The notes: generated from the letters alone by a model not told the origin. A stretch of DNA of 64,000 bases from Felis catus (GCF_018350175.1 NC_058368.1:74712001-74776000); one strand, 5' to 3'; counted from the stretch's first letter, positions 10,920-24,409 are shown. A program made the numbers and translations.

Positions 10920-11470
10920 AACTCTGGTTCATGTCATCCGTCATCTTGACGCGGAGGCCCAGGCAGCTGGCGCAACATTATCTCCCGGTGTGTCTGCGAA
11001 GATGCTTCTGGAGGAGATTAGCCTTTGAATGGACAGGCTGAGAAGGGCACCCTCAGCCAGGTGGGTGGGCCTCATCCAACCCGCCGACGGCTCCAATGGA
11101 GCAAAAAGGCAGAAGAAGGGGGAGCTGGCTCTTTTTGCTGAGCTGGGACAGACGTCTTCTCTGGCCCTCGGCGTGGACCTCGGCCTCCTGGTTCTCCGGC
11201 ACAATTGCCCCCCCAACCCCTTCCCAACTGTGAAGCTTTTGCACTTGGGCTGGGACTCACACCACCAGGCCCACTGGCCCACAGGCCACTGGCTGGTCCT
11301 GGGACCCCCCGCCCCTTTGGCTTGCCCACCAGTGGACAGATTGGGCGAGACTCCTCTGCCTCCCTAATCAAGTGAATTAATTCCTCTAATAAATCTCTTA
11401 CGCATCTCTCCCTGTATATCTCCTATTGGTGTCCTGTTTCTCTGGGGAACTCTGGGGAACTCCCGCCCAA
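10920..11470 (+). mobile_element. MLT2-type (ERVL) solo LTR
   Basis: cagctgg..aacattat..gtgtctg..gagattagcctttgaat..catccaa..caaaaaggcagaagaagg..aataaa..tcctattggt..tgtttctctgg. Confidence 0.85.
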
Positions 11471-11789
11471 CAGCCCAATTCTGGGAGGATCAGGTGTGTG
11501 CAGCCTCAGGGGAAGGCGGGCAGCTGACTCTGCTGGACATCCACTGGCTCAGGGCCTAAGGCGATGAGAGATGGGTCTGGGCTCTGTCGGCCCCACCCCT
11601 TGCCTGCCTGCCTGTCTCCCCTTGACCTCAGATCCAAGTCTAGTTGCAAAAGCATCCCCTTCCCTAAACTGTTGACCCGGCTGTCACAGCAGCACTGAAG
11701 GCTGATCACGAGAACGTGTTCTGGATTCGATATTCCTCAGGGTTGTTCTACTGCTGATCCAAAGTAACCAAAGCCCTGGAAGGGCACAG

Positions 11790-12010
11790 CTTCGGGCGGC
11801 CAGGGATTGGATCTAACTCTTCCGTTTAGGGGCTGTATGGCATTGGGGAAAAAGATCACTAAACTCTCCAGGCCACTAGTTTCTTCATCTGCAGAGTACA
11901 AATGAAAATATTCATTTCATCACATGGTGATTAAATATGTTACTGCATGGAAAGAAAGGCCTTCGAGCAGGGTCGGCGTGTAGTAAGATTTCAATAAATG
12001 ATGACAGTAG
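11790..12010 (+). mobile_element. MIR relic
   Basis: agtttcttcatctgcagag core. Confidence 0.6.
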
Positions 12011-12432
12011 AACTTCCAGTAATGTTAGCACTAGTCACAGTGTTATAATGGGAGTATGCACGTACCTGCATTTTATCTGAGCTTGAATAGGGGAAGACCC
12101 TTCAAAATAAAAACAGAAGAGGAGGAGACATAAGGAACCAATGTTTGAGGAAAAACTCAAACAGAAACAGTTGTACGTTATGCCTAAGTATAGTTATTTC
12201 TTCCTCCAAACTAACATCTTCCTTTTTCCCCCCCAATGGACTGTAGACATTGTGATATTGCGACTATGTACATAAGTGCTATAAAATTGTGAAAAGGCAC
12301 ATAATATGTTTCTTTCTCTTCTATAGTGTCTTTTATTAGAAAGGATGGTAAAGATTTCAAGGAAGGGCCTTAAAGATGACTGTTCACATGGGTTATCAAA
12401 ATCAGTTTATCTACCAAATACATCTGTGTTTC

Positions 12433-12659
12433 TTTTTTAAAAAAAAATTTAATGTTTATTTATTTTTGAGAGAGAGAGAGACAGAGAATTAGTGTAAGCA
12501 GGGGAGGGGCAGAGAGAGAGGAAGACACAGAACCCAAAGCAGGCTCCAGGCTCCGAGCTGTCAGCAAAGAGCCCGAAGCGGGGCTCGAACTCATGGGCCG
12601 TGAGATCAAGACCAGAGCTGAAGTCAGATGCTTAACCAACTGAGCCACCCAGGTGCCCC
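12433..12659 (-). mobile_element. CanSINE
   Basis: Typical body, ends ccacccaggtgcccc. Confidence 0.93.
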
Positions 12660-14478
12660 AAGACACCCATGTTTCTAACACACACTAACAAGGTGTTATT
12701 AAATACTGAAAATATTAAATGCCACTATTAGAAACAAACAAAAAAAAGAATTACAACCTTGCTCTATAACCAACTTATAGATTTTAATGCAATATTTCTG
12801 GTAATCCTACCCGGCTGAAGAATGTAGTTTGAAATGGGAATATGATTTATATAGGATGTGACATGGAATTTTGAGAGCAAAGCACACCAAGAACATTGGA
12901 TTTCAGGGGGCATGAAGCCTCATTCCTTCATTTATTCACTGGTTATTTCTTGAAGGTCTGCGTGCTTCTCCAAGCTCCTCCCCTGGCTGGCACTGGGTCC
13001 CTAACCCAACCTCTCAGGACCTCAGTTTCCTCCCGTAAATTTTAGCGGGTGAATTAATTCACTGTGTTCCTTTTCTGCTCTGAAATGCTACAAATTCCAT
13101 GTAATCCTACAGAAGTGAAAGCAATACTCAATATCCTACGTGTCAGACTCTTACAGTATGGTCCCAGGACACATACCTCATAGACAAGTTTGAGTTTGAG
13201 AAACATGATGTGCTATCTCTAAATTGTATTTCAAAATAAAACTTTAGTATTCACCAAATCCCTTCAAGAAAAAAAAAAAGCAGGGAAGATTCTGGGCTCT
13301 GTATAGTCAGTGAAATATTGACACATTCTTAGAGCTCATCAGGTTACAAAGTAACAGTGAGAGAAGAGAAAAAAAAAAAAAAAACACCACCACCACACTG
13401 TTCCCCACTGTTCTGTTACTGGTTTACAAATATAAGATACTTTTCCCTTTTCTCCCTTCCACTGCAAAATGCTGATAGATTTGGCAGATTCACAAAAAAA
13501 GGGATTAAACCATATGGATTGAGAAGTGCTGTTCTGCCTCAGCATTTCACCAATAATAAACTGCCTTGACTTTTAACACTAAGGTGCTTGAAGAAAGCAA
13601 TTGGGTGGGAGGGGGGTAGGGGTTTTTGTTTGTTGTGTTGTGTTTTTAATCTTTGTGCAAACAGCTGGAGAGGTCACTATGTATTGAATATCTGTGGGAA
13701 CAGAAGTGAGAATTCATTCTTATGCAACGTAAAAAAAAAACAGTTGGAAAACAAATTATTTGCTGGGTATTCGAAGGTTTTGCAAATATATAAGGCCTGG
13801 GATGCCTTCTGTGTTCATTTTAAAGACACAACTGGTTTGTTTAGAGGTCTTTCTACATTTACCTCTGCACTTCAGTTACTTAAACAACCTAAATGTACTT
13901 TGACTTTTGCGGAGGGAAGAACTTGGTTTATCTAAACAACTGTCAGATTTTATAAAAGATAGTTAACCACAAGCTGTTCCAGCAGTTAACCATTTTATTT
14001 CAGAAACCAGCCTTGAAGATGAGACAACCTTGGATCTCAGCAGATGGAAATGAATACGCTTTTTAATTACCTGTAAATCATGACTCATCTAAATTGAATA
14101 ACCCCGGAGTAGGGACTGGGAACAGAGTTAAGCAGTTCATGTTAAGCAGAACGCAAGCTTTAACATACCTTTGGTCCATCAGAATCCCTGTGAGAATTTA
14201 AGTTTTACGTAGAAGAGAAAGGAGTAATGTCAAATTATTAACCCAAGCTTCCTTTCTTTAGTGGTTGTTGCTATGCCACTCAGATAGTTTAAGGGAAAAC
14301 AGCTGTCCAACTATACACATGCTGGGACAGCAAACAGAAATAGAGCCAACATTTGGTGGCTTAGAATACAAATATTTCGCATGGAAAATAGAGGTGCACC
14401 TAATAAACTAAGTTGAAATAACATCTGTATGTTATCATTATCATCAAAGAATCAAAGACACCATAAGGACGCCCAAAC

Positions 14479-14654
14479 CTGTGTTGAAATCTACAAGTGT
14501 TAACAATGAATCTCAACGTTGATGTAGTTGCCCTGACGCGTAAATTTTTAGGGCATATTTGAACAAAGGGAAGTAAAATGGGCTGCAGAACAGGTCTGTG
14601 AAATACCCCCACCGTTTACTGACACATATTTGAAAACAGAATATGTTGTTCTTT
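14479..14654 (-). pseudogene. Fossil exon, membrane-proximal ectodomain
   Basis: cttgtatag acceptor, phase-1 entry compatible with the 19030 exon: ERTTYSVFKYVSVNGGGISQTCS; stops further on. Confidence 0.5.
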
Positions 14655-15169
14655 CTATACAAGAAATACCATTGCTATGCTATGATGTTTTGATTAGTTG
14701 ATCTGAGAGTTGTCCAAAAGAGATTTTTTTTTTACCGCTTTTTTGTGCATGGATCATGCTGTCTAGAATTAGGAATTGGGCATCACAAACACAACCGAGT
14801 TTAGCACCCCCACGGCTAGACAATCGATGCCCTTTAAAATGTTTAATAAAATATCTCATTGAAAATACGTACACCAATGAGAATGGAACAAGTCAGCCAA
14901 AGAGAGAGAGGAAGGAGGTTGGAAAATTGAGAAGCTTTTTTTTTTCAAAATTGGGGAGGGAGAACTCAGACAGCTGGGCAAAAGATTTGATTGGACCGTC
15001 AGCTCTGGAATTGTAGGACCTGCAGGAGTAGCTGAGACATAAAAATATTGTTAAAGCAGCAGAATTATGGAGGGCATAAATACCTTCCACACTCATTCTG
15101 TGTTATTTTGCATTAAGAGAGAAAGTGCAGGGTGGATCTGTAATAAGGCTCCCTATATACATAAGGGGT

Positions 15170-15548
15170 GGGGGGAGAGAGAGAGAGAGACAATGAGACG
15201 GACAGAGAGAGAGAGACAGAGATTGTTTTTAAGGAATTGGCTCACGTGATTGTGGAACCTGGCAAGGCTAAAATCTGTATGTACACCATCAAGCTGGAGA
15301 CTTGGAGAATCTGATATTGCAGTTTGAGTCCAAACTGGCAAAATTTCCTCTTTCTAGGGAAACATTGGTATCAACTGATTGCATGAGGGCTACCCACATC
15401 ACGGAGGCTAATCCGTGTATTCAAAGTCTACTGATTTAAATGTGAATCTCACCTACAAATATCTTCACATTGACATCCAGTTGTGTTTGGCCAAGTATCT
15501 GGGTACTGTGGTCTAGCTAAGCTGATACATACAATTAACTGCCCCACG
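15170..15548 (-). mobile_element. MLT2-type LTR
   Basis: aaggaattggctcacgtgattgtgga..caactgattg..gtctactgatttaaatgt..aattaac. Confidence 0.8.
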
Positions 15549-15611
15549 AGCCATATCAGAAACTGTAGAGAGAACAGATACCATGGCGGTGGCTTTAAAC
15601 ATGAGTAAGAA

Positions 15612-15825
15612 AGGCGCCTGGCTGACTCAGCGACCGACTTCGTCTAGGGCCATGATCTCACAGTTCATGAGTTCAAGCCCCGCATTGGGCTCTGTGCTGA
15701 CAGCTCAGAGTCTGGAGCCTGCTTCAGAGTCTGTATCTCCCTCTCTGTCTGTCCCTCCCCTCCTTGCACTCTGTCTGTCTCTTTCTCTCTCTCTCAAAAA
15801 TAAATAAATATTAAAAAAATTAAAG
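15612..15825 (+). mobile_element. CanSINE
   Basis: Body plus aataaataaa tail, degenerate TSD. Confidence 0.92.
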
Positions 15826-16499
15826 ATGAATAAGAAAAGTGGATAGACCGAGAGCAAACAAGGTTCGTGCAAAAGGTAGACTATATCCTAGAATCAAACA
15901 CTTAAAAATTCTAGATCAACTATAACAATCCACCCTGAAAAGGATTAAATAAGTTGACACAAAAGTAAGGAAAAGTGCCAAATGACAAAAATGATAGGAA
16001 GCTGTAAAGCAAAGCATTAACATAGCTTTCCCTGTTGGGCTATTTTCAGGATGTTTGAAGACTCAAAGGTTCTTAGAATGAGAACGAGTGGGAAGGTCTT
16101 CGGCTCACAAAGGAGGGAAAATGAACTGGTCGCTAGGTATAATGGTATAAAATAATGAAATAGTTCCAAAACAAAACAAAACAAAGAAAAAAGTCTACCA
16201 GTTGGATAGAGTGAGAGCAGGGAGCTTCTGTTCTAGGCAGAAAAGATGATATGAAATCAAACATCCCTCTCAAAAAGTGTTATCGCAAGCTTGATTTTAG
16301 AAAGGATTTATAGTACCTGAGTAGTCCAGGAAATTTCAGGCAGCACAATTAGCATAAAAATATGTAACCCACTGGACACCTGATACAAACTAACATAGAT
16401 ATCTCTCCAGGAATTCGACCTCAGTAGAGGGCACAGGGGAATCCCAGAGACAAGGACCCACAAAGCTAGAGGCTCCATTCAATATGATAAATACATGAG

Positions 16500-17382
16500 G
16501 GAAAACCATCCACCATTAACAAAGATCAGGGGGGAAAATATCAGGATTAACACTTTTATAAATTAATATATTTTTTCTAATACTGCATTAACACCTGTAC
16601 CTAATGTAAACTAATAAAAGTTGAAATCAAACATCTTACTAGTAAAAAACATGAGACAATGTAGACACACAATGACTTAAGACAGCAATAGCCGTAATAA
16701 TGACTAACTCTGGGAATCAAAAAATAATATTTGACCAAAATATTAAGACAAGCTATCAAGCCAAGGGAAAATTGTGAAGATTTTATTGTTCAGGCATATA
16801 AGAGAAATATTTAGCACACTCTTTAACCATAATGATCTTGTCACAAGTAACAGAAAATTAGCTAAAGACACGTCGCTTCATATGGTTGAGATTTTAAATA
16901 CACAGCATAGTGTATCAAAGAACTGATAACACATATTGGAAAATATAATTGAAAAAAAAGGTAATTAAAATTTTTCATTTAAGTGGTATTCACATAAGGT
17001 GTTAATGAGAGGAATTGTCAGTAAAAATGCATTCACTAGAAAAGGAGAAATGAGCTGTTTTTACAATAAGAAGTTCTCAAAAGGACAAAAGATTAACTCA
17101 ATGTAGAAGAAAGTAAATAATAAACACTTCAGATTGGCAAAATTGATACAAGTACAATTGAAGAATATTAATGATCCTGTGACTATTAAAGGCTTAAAGT
17201 GAGCAAAAAATCCACCCATGAAGTTCATCAGACTCACTTCTCTTTTTATTGGGCTAATGTTACTTTCATACCAGTTCCTGACAAAGACAGAACCAGAAAA
17301 GAAAGTTATACACCAATCTCGTCAATTAACAGTCATTAGCCCTTAGTAAATTATTACCAAACCAATCCAGTGTAATCCACAC

Positions 17383-17443
<61 letters not shown>

Positions 17444-17720
17444 TGTGTAAATATATATATACACACACACACATATATGTGTGTGTATATATATATATAT
17501 ATACACACACATATACACACACACATATATATATATATTTTTACACACACATATGTAATGAAGTTGGGTTGAATCACCTGAGAACAAGGCTGGCCGACCC
17601 TTAAAAAAAAATCTGTCTGCCTTAACTGATTCATGCAGGAAAATAAAATATTATTACATAGACGCAGAAAAAGAATTTGAGAGAGTTTCCACACCCATTT
17701 ACATAAAAAGAAATTCAAAT
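16500..17720 (+). mobile_element. Ancient L1 fragments
   Basis: A-rich; ORF2-like atagacgcagaaaaagaatttga..cacccatt and aaccaatccag. Confidence 0.55.
17383..17552. repeat. Compound (TA)/(TG)/(CA) microsatellite
   Basis: Direct reading. Confidence 0.95.
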
Positions 17721-17734
17721 AGAAATTTCTACAA

Positions 17735-17985
17735 TATTAAACTTTCTAGTAGCCATATGTTAAAAACACAAAAAGAAACAGGTGCAATTAATATATTTGA
17801 TTTAACTCAGTACAGAACCCTATGACTTCAGCAAATTTTCAAGATTTTCAAAAATTATCAATGACATATTTTGCATTGTTTTTCATAGTCTTTCACCGCT
17901 GGTGCACTTAAAGCACATCTCAATTTGGAGTAGCCATATTTTAAGGGATCAATAAAAAACACGAGGTTATTGGATCACACAGCTC
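17735..17985 (+). mobile_element. hAT-Charlie MER33/MER3-like relic
   Basis: tctagtagcca..aaaagaaacaggtg..gcacatctcaatttgga.tagcca. Confidence 0.7.
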
Positions 17986-19029
17986 TAATGCATTCCAGTA
18001 AAAACCTACAATTATCCTACCGAAGGGTGAAATGAAAGGATGAAACACAACATATTTCATTGAACACAACATATTTCGTTGGTATTTTCATTCAACACTG
18101 CAATAAAGGGACTCACTCCAACATTAAGAAATCGGGATGAAGTTGAAGCTAGTCTATGAGACAGGCTTCCAAAACCACTTGGCTGTCCCCACAGGGAGCT
18201 CTGGAGGTGGAATGACCCTTCTCTTCTCCATCAAGTACAAATGACCAGGCCTCTAAACCCTACACACACTCATGATTCACATGGTGACCATGCGAGGTCC
18301 AGCAATGCCATGAAGGGGCTCAGAGATGAAAAGCCCTGACCCACCATCATCCCTGGAAGGAGTCCTTCACAGCAGGGCTGTGGGCTGTTTACTACACCGG
18401 AGCAAGCACAAGGCTGGGTCTTCTCTGCATGCTCTGAAATATATTCCGGGTAGCAGTGACCTCTGGGTGAAGGAGAGAGGGAGCGAAATACCATCAGAGA
18501 GCGATAAACAGAGGACTTCTGCAATATTGCAGTGTTTTTGTTCTTAAGGCTTGTGATGAGTGATGTGCAAATGGTCTTATTTCCTATACATTTTTATGTA
18601 CAGCAAATTTCATCAAAAATGAATGGATGATGCTTGATGGACAGGAGGAAGGAGACCCTGAGAGAAAGAAAGAGGTGAGGAAAAAAGAAAGACAGGAAGA
18701 ATATTACAAGAAGGTTGGGACCTTCAGAAAAGTGAAAAGAGGTTCTCATAAAGGAAGGCATCCATCATTTGCAACAGAAAATGAATAAAGCTAATGTATT
18801 CTAGAACTTTTCTGCAGAGAAACAGAAGCAAACATAGCAGAAAAACTAGATCAGAACCACGCTGGGTTAGCCACTGAGTTCTCAGCTGAGGGGTATGGCT
18901 TCATTTCGCAGGCTTTGTGGGGAGCCTAAAGGAATGAACTAAATGAACTAAAGGAATTTTGTTCATAAACGTCATATTAATGGTGGTCCAACCTTGAAAA
19001 CAACAGTAAATTGGACACAGAAAACCTAC

Positions 19030-19104
19030 CTGCTACAAAGCCTATGCTTTCAGAATGTAAGTTGGTTTTTTTAGTTCCCTTTGAAGTTTCGGTTTGATAT
19101 TGAC
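19030..19104 (-). pseudogene. Fossil exon (75 bp, phase 1-1, open)
   Basis: ttttgctag / CAG|gtaggt; QYQTETSKGTKKTNLHSESIGFVA. Confidence 0.5.
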
Positions 19105-21626
19105 CTAGCAAAAAAATATTTCACAGTCATACTGAATTTTCCCGAAGAAGGAAAAGCAATTCTTGTGCTTCATCAGGTGGCCTCTGAGCTCCCATACAAT
19201 CAGTTAGTATCTATGAATGTCTTCATTTCATATACAGCATCAGTCCGAGGAGGAACTCCTGGGGCAAATCACTCCCGTAACACATCTTATGTGCACCTAG
19301 TTAAAGAAAAGCATGTGAGTATTTAAAGGACCCTCCAAGATAAAAAAAAAATGCTACCATTTGTTAAACACACATTAACCCTTAAGAATATTTACAGTGC
19401 GCCCTACCTAGTACCATTACTACATTTAATGTCTACATTGGCCTTAAAGTAATCAGCAGAGTCCGTCTTTAACGGGACAAGACACACCTTTCTAGAAGGC
19501 ATCTGTTCCCTTTCTGTAAAAATCATGTTTCTACAGGGGATCTACTCCTTTCTTTTTTGTTTTCGTTTTTACCCTTGACAGTAATCTTAGATTCCCTCCT
19601 TCTACTACTTAACGAAGTTTTACCTTGGTAATGATCCTTTTTAATGGAATATATTAGAGAGGGACTGTGTAAGAATTGGCCCACCTTTCCTCAACTGCAT
19701 TCCTATTCAGGCGAAGTTTCGGAAAGGGGAAGCCACTTCGTTTTACTCTCTAGAGATTTCACAGGGGTCCTCTGCCAAGACTTCCCATCCACTAACCCAT
19801 TTTGTCATCTCTACTTTCACGGACCCGTGTGCATACTACCAAAACTCAACAGTCCTGAGTCTATGCCGGGTCTTTGCTATGAAATGGAAAAACGCTAACA
19901 GGGACACCGTTTACTGGGCTTATGATTATTGATATATTACCCTCTCCCATAATAGATTACCTGTCTCTTTACTATGGCTTTTGGTAAATTTTCTCTTAAT
20001 CGCTACTAATAAAAATCATTTTCGTAGTCATCAGTTATTGCATCTCCTGACTGGGATTGTCCTCCGTTATTTCACTTGATTTTCACAGCCCTTTTGGAAA
20101 GGAAGTATTCAAACTGTTTTGCAGATTTGATAAGCTGAAGCCAGTAACCTGACAGAGGTCAGTAGTAAAATTAGATTTGAACCTGGCTTTTTCAGATTCC
20201 AAAGTTTTGCATGTTTAACCAGTGTTAAACTTTTTGTTTGTTTGTTTTGCATTTGAGTGACTTAATTCCAATCGTTGTAGCAAGAAAGTGTAACTTTTAA
20301 GGAATGGCATTTTCCTTAAAAAAATCTATGTTTTAATTTATAACTCTCTGCAAAAGCAGCATGAGGTTCCAGTTATGCTTTGTTTTGGGTTGAGACTGAA
20401 CCAACAATAGAATATATATCAGATGCATTATTTGTATTAAACTGAACAGTGGGAATCGTTCTCAGGCAAGATACTTATCAAAAATCAATAATACAATTAA
20501 CAGTTAAGATAACATGTGGAGATTAGGCTACAGGTATAGATACTTGGAATTAAGCAAATACACCAAAATCAAGGTGGGTTGACAAGTTGGCACAGGAGGG
20601 CAAGTGCAGTGACTCCGAGTAAACAAACAAATGCCTTCTGGGAAATTCGATCTGACATTTCAAAGAACACTAAGCCAAGGAGACATGTTGTCATTGAGAC
20701 AGAAATCTGATTTCAGCTTAAGAGATTTCACAGTGAACTAGATCAGGACCTTTTAAAGACCACTTCTAGAAGATTATTTCTGCTCTCCGTGCCAATGCCA
20801 TTTGCCTTCTCTGGTTAAATCTGAATACCTTCCTTTTTTCATACACTCATTTGTTCATTTATAAATCTATACATCTATGCATGCATAGACCCAACTGCCA
20901 ACTCAAGAAAGTCTTACGGTCCATGCAGTGCTTCTTACGGAGCTCCTACCGTGTGCTAACACTGACTTTACAAAACCTTGAGGCATGGGTTGGAGAACGC
21001 CAAGCCTTAGCGTACGAATCAGCGGTAAGTGCACGATATGATGATACTCTGTGTCTTGGGGTATTCATTCACAAAGAAGGCATTGGATAGGGATGACATG
21101 TATAACTTGTCCAGCTTTAAAGGGCATGGAATCTCTCTAACACTGATGGGCATGAAGGAAACACCATCTGGGGAACTAGGGTTTCTTGAGCAAAAGTAAA
21201 TGAAGAGCCGAGTTGCAAATTTATCTCGAAAGTAAGGCAAAGTTCGCCTGTGCCAACTGGGGAGAAATATCTTCAGTTTCATTTCAGAAGTTTTTATGAA
21301 ATGTTGATCTTGGTACCTAGCCATTTCAATTGATGAGTTAATGGCATGTTTAGTCTCAGCCTCGTGCATATATGCTTTCTGGTAAAGACGAAATGTGCGA
21401 GGTGGCAAATTTATCCTCAGGTCAGTTCTCGCATAAATACAAACAATTGGGAAGGACTAGTAAACAGGTTTTTTTTTTCTTTTAACAAATGTAGTCCACA
21501 TGACAGACGATGCTGAATACTGTAATTTACAAACAACCTACCTCTCTCTGAATTGTTAATTTTATTTCTTCCCTAAATGTTAACATGTTCTCATCTCTTT
21601 CAAAGTTATCTATTAAAAACACAACA

Positions 21627-21902
21627 TCTCTCTGTCCCCAAAATAAATAAAAAACGTTGAAAAAAAATTAAAAAAAAAGGGGGAGCCTGGGTGGCGCAGT
21701 CGGTTAAGCGTCCGACTTCAGTCAGGTCACGATCTCGCGGTCCGGGAGTTCGAGCCCCGCTTCGGGCTCTGGGCTGATGGCCCGGAGCCTGGAGCCTGTT
21801 TCCGACTGTGTCTCCCTCTCTCTGCCCCTCCCCCGTTCATGCTCTGTCTCTCTCTGTCCCAAAAATAAATAAAAAACGTTGAAAAAAAATTAAAAAAAAA
21901 AA
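21627..21902 (+). mobile_element. Young felid SINE preceded by a copy of its own 3' tail
   Basis: Tail fragment 21627-21678 plus full SINE 21679-21902; TSD aaaaacacaaca flanks both. Confidence 0.92.
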
Positions 21903-22060
21903 CACAACAAAACACACGCACACAGCCACCAAAAATAAAATAACTGATGACAACGAAAGGCTCAGTTTTGTATCTTAACGTGAATTCTTTCCAGAGGACG
22001 CTAACCGGTCTTGTCAAACGAGCCTTAGAACTGGATCTACCTGAAAGCCAGTATTTTCAC

Positions 22061-22102
22061 CTTGGAACAGCGAATGAAAGCCCATAACTCGTGCACTAGC
22101 TA
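22061..22102 (-). pseudogene. Fossil exon (42 bp, phase 1-1, open)
   Basis: tttcttcag / AAG|gtgaaa; ASARVMGFHSLFQ. Confidence 0.45.
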
Positions 22103-23412
22103 CTGAAGAAATAAATTCTTTCTGTATTTGAAGGCTTCAGAGCCACAGGGTTATAAAATAGGAGGAAACAGTGGGTGGACCAAAGAAGGAATTTCCATCT
22201 ATTTACTACAATGTTGAGGACTGGTAGAGAAAAAGCTTTAAACTTTAAACTTTTAAAGCCTGTGAATAACAGTCCGGGGTAGGAAACAAACAGGTGAATA
22301 ATAGTTACCTTAGGGGCTAACCTATTATTATTGCTGTCTACCAAAAAAACTGGTAAAAATATGCTCCTGAATATAATCCTCTGTTTAAATATTTTAATCC
22401 AAATAAAATATAGGATGTCTCTTTAAAAAAAATCTAAAATACTTTTAAGACTTGGGTCCTTATGCCAATGACTATAATATTCACTTTTTAAAACATCGTT
22501 TTTGGTTAAATTTGGGTTGTGCTTTCTTCCCTAGCAATATTATGTAAAACATTACTTTTCAAAGTGTTAAGTGGCGAATGAAAAATTCAACTTATTTTAA
22601 GTATTTCCAGAAATTGTGACCATCTCGGAAATAATCTGGAATGTTGTAAAAATTGCCTTGGGAAGTTCAGTCGTCCCTTTTTTCCTACATAAGACCTTGA
22701 CCTAGCATTATTTTCTTTTTAAAAAAGTCTGCATAAAGTTGAACATTGCCATCAGACATTGAATTGAAAAAAATATGTGGTTGATGTTGCTCGAAGTGTT
22801 CTGCTACATTTTGTCCTTAAATTCCATTGTCCTCCTAGGGACCTGGCTGTGCCATGGCACAGCCTATCTTTCTGGAAAGGAGTGGCTTAAGGAAACAATA
22901 GACCCTTTCTGGGGCAGAGCTTGGCAACGGCAGGAAGATGATTCCAGAAGGAATGTTTTCCTCCTTGGTGTTGTGAAATCTAGGGTGCACTTTTGCTTGG
23001 TGGAAAAATGAATATTTACAGATTTTCTATTATAATTGATGAGTATGGGCTTTAGTCTACAAAAGGCAACACAAACTATGATTAGGACATTGCACTTTAT
23101 GCCAATTTTATGGAGAACTTGAACATCATCTCTGAGTTGTGGATGTCTCAAAGCCAGTGTCCCCTTATCTTTCGGAGACTAACCCTGATTAAAGTCAAGA
23201 ATTAAGGTTTTCACGTGCGGGCGGGGACTGAGGAGACAGTGACAACCATCATTTTGGTTATGCTCCGTTATTAGCTCTCTGGTCACAACTTGGGTGGCCT
23301 GACATATGCCTGAGCTGCATTTCATTCTTGGTGTCTCCTAAATAATGGGTTTCTACTAGTAAACTCATTAAATAACTGCAGTGCATTTTGGATTATTCCT
23401 ACAAAAATATCA

Positions 23413-23440
23413 GCTTCTTCTTCTTCTTCTTCTTCTTCTT
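23413..23440. repeat. (CTT)n
   Basis: Direct reading. Confidence 0.9.
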
Positions 23441-23564
23441 TTTTTTCCCCATCCTGATGTATTTTTTGGAGAGAGAAGGGTTAGGGTTGTAGTTATAGCT
23501 AGTGAACAGAACTGTGCACGTGCTAGAGCCTGGAACAGTTGGAGTATCAAGCAGATTGTGTCAC

Positions 23565-23677
23565 CTGTCATGTCCGTAGCCCAGAAAATGGCTGTGCCGC
23601 TTTCCAGATCGTGCACATTTGGGGGACTGCACGCCCCAGACATGTATGAAATGGGACTAGAACTGGTAACAGGCAGG
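23565..23677 (-). pseudogene. Fossil exon, distal ectodomain
   Basis: cccttag / CAG|gtgaca; LPVTSSSPISYMSGACSPPNVHDLESGTAIFWATDMT with phase-1 exit. Confidence 0.5.
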
Positions 23678-23857
23678 CTAAGGGAATATTTCTCTTTTTC
23701 GCTTCCTAAGGATTTGGACCCATGAGTCTTTGTGCGTGCTCGTAACACACTCAAAAGGTCGACTTTCCTAGCAACTTCCCAAAGTTACTCTTTATCTACA
23801 ATTTCCTTATAACCTATTTACACTATACAATGAATTTGCTTCAAAAGAGACACCTCT

Positions 23858-24080
23858 GGGGGCGCCTTGATGGCTCAGTCGGTTAAGCCTCCGACTTCGG
23901 CTCAGGTCATGGTCTCGTGGGTTACGGGTTGGAGCCCTGGGTCAGGCTGGTGCTGACAGCTCAGAGCCTGGAACCTGCTTCGGATTCTGTGTCTCTCTCT
24001 CTCTCTGCACCCCCCACCCCCACCCCCACGTTCAGGCTCTCTCTCCTTCAAAAATAAGTAAACATCAAAAAAAAAAAAAG
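23858..24080 (+). mobile_element. CanSINE
   Basis: TSD aagagacacctctg-like. Confidence 0.93.
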
Positions 24081-24195
24081 AGAGACACCTCTGTGAGGTT
24101 TGCCTTCCACTTTAGTTCTTTAACATTTCTGCCTTTTGATTTGTTTACTTCGCTGAACACAATACTGTAGATGTCCTTTAAAAACGTGAATTGGT

Positions 24196-24400
24196 GGGGG
24201 CGCCTGGGTGACTCAGTCAGTTAAGCATCCAACTTTGGCTCAGGGCAAGATCACAGGGTTTGTGAGACAAAGCCCACATTGGGTTCCCTGCTGACAGTAA
24301 AGAGCCTGCTTCCGATTCTTTCTCTCTCGTTCTCTCTCTGCCCCTTCCGCATCTGCACAGTCTCTGTCTCCCTCAAAATAATAAATAAATAAACTTTAAT
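24196..24400 (+). mobile_element. CanSINE
   Basis: Head ggggcgcctgggtgactcagtc. Confidence 0.92.
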
Positions 24401-24409
24401 AAACGTATT

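Noticed and set aside
10941..11371. Four overlapping ORFs of 63-113 aa
   Set aside because: They lie in a GC-rich MLT2 LTR where stops are rare; no protein motif.
17326..17718. Longest ORF in the track (130 aa)
   Set aside because: Microsatellite translation.
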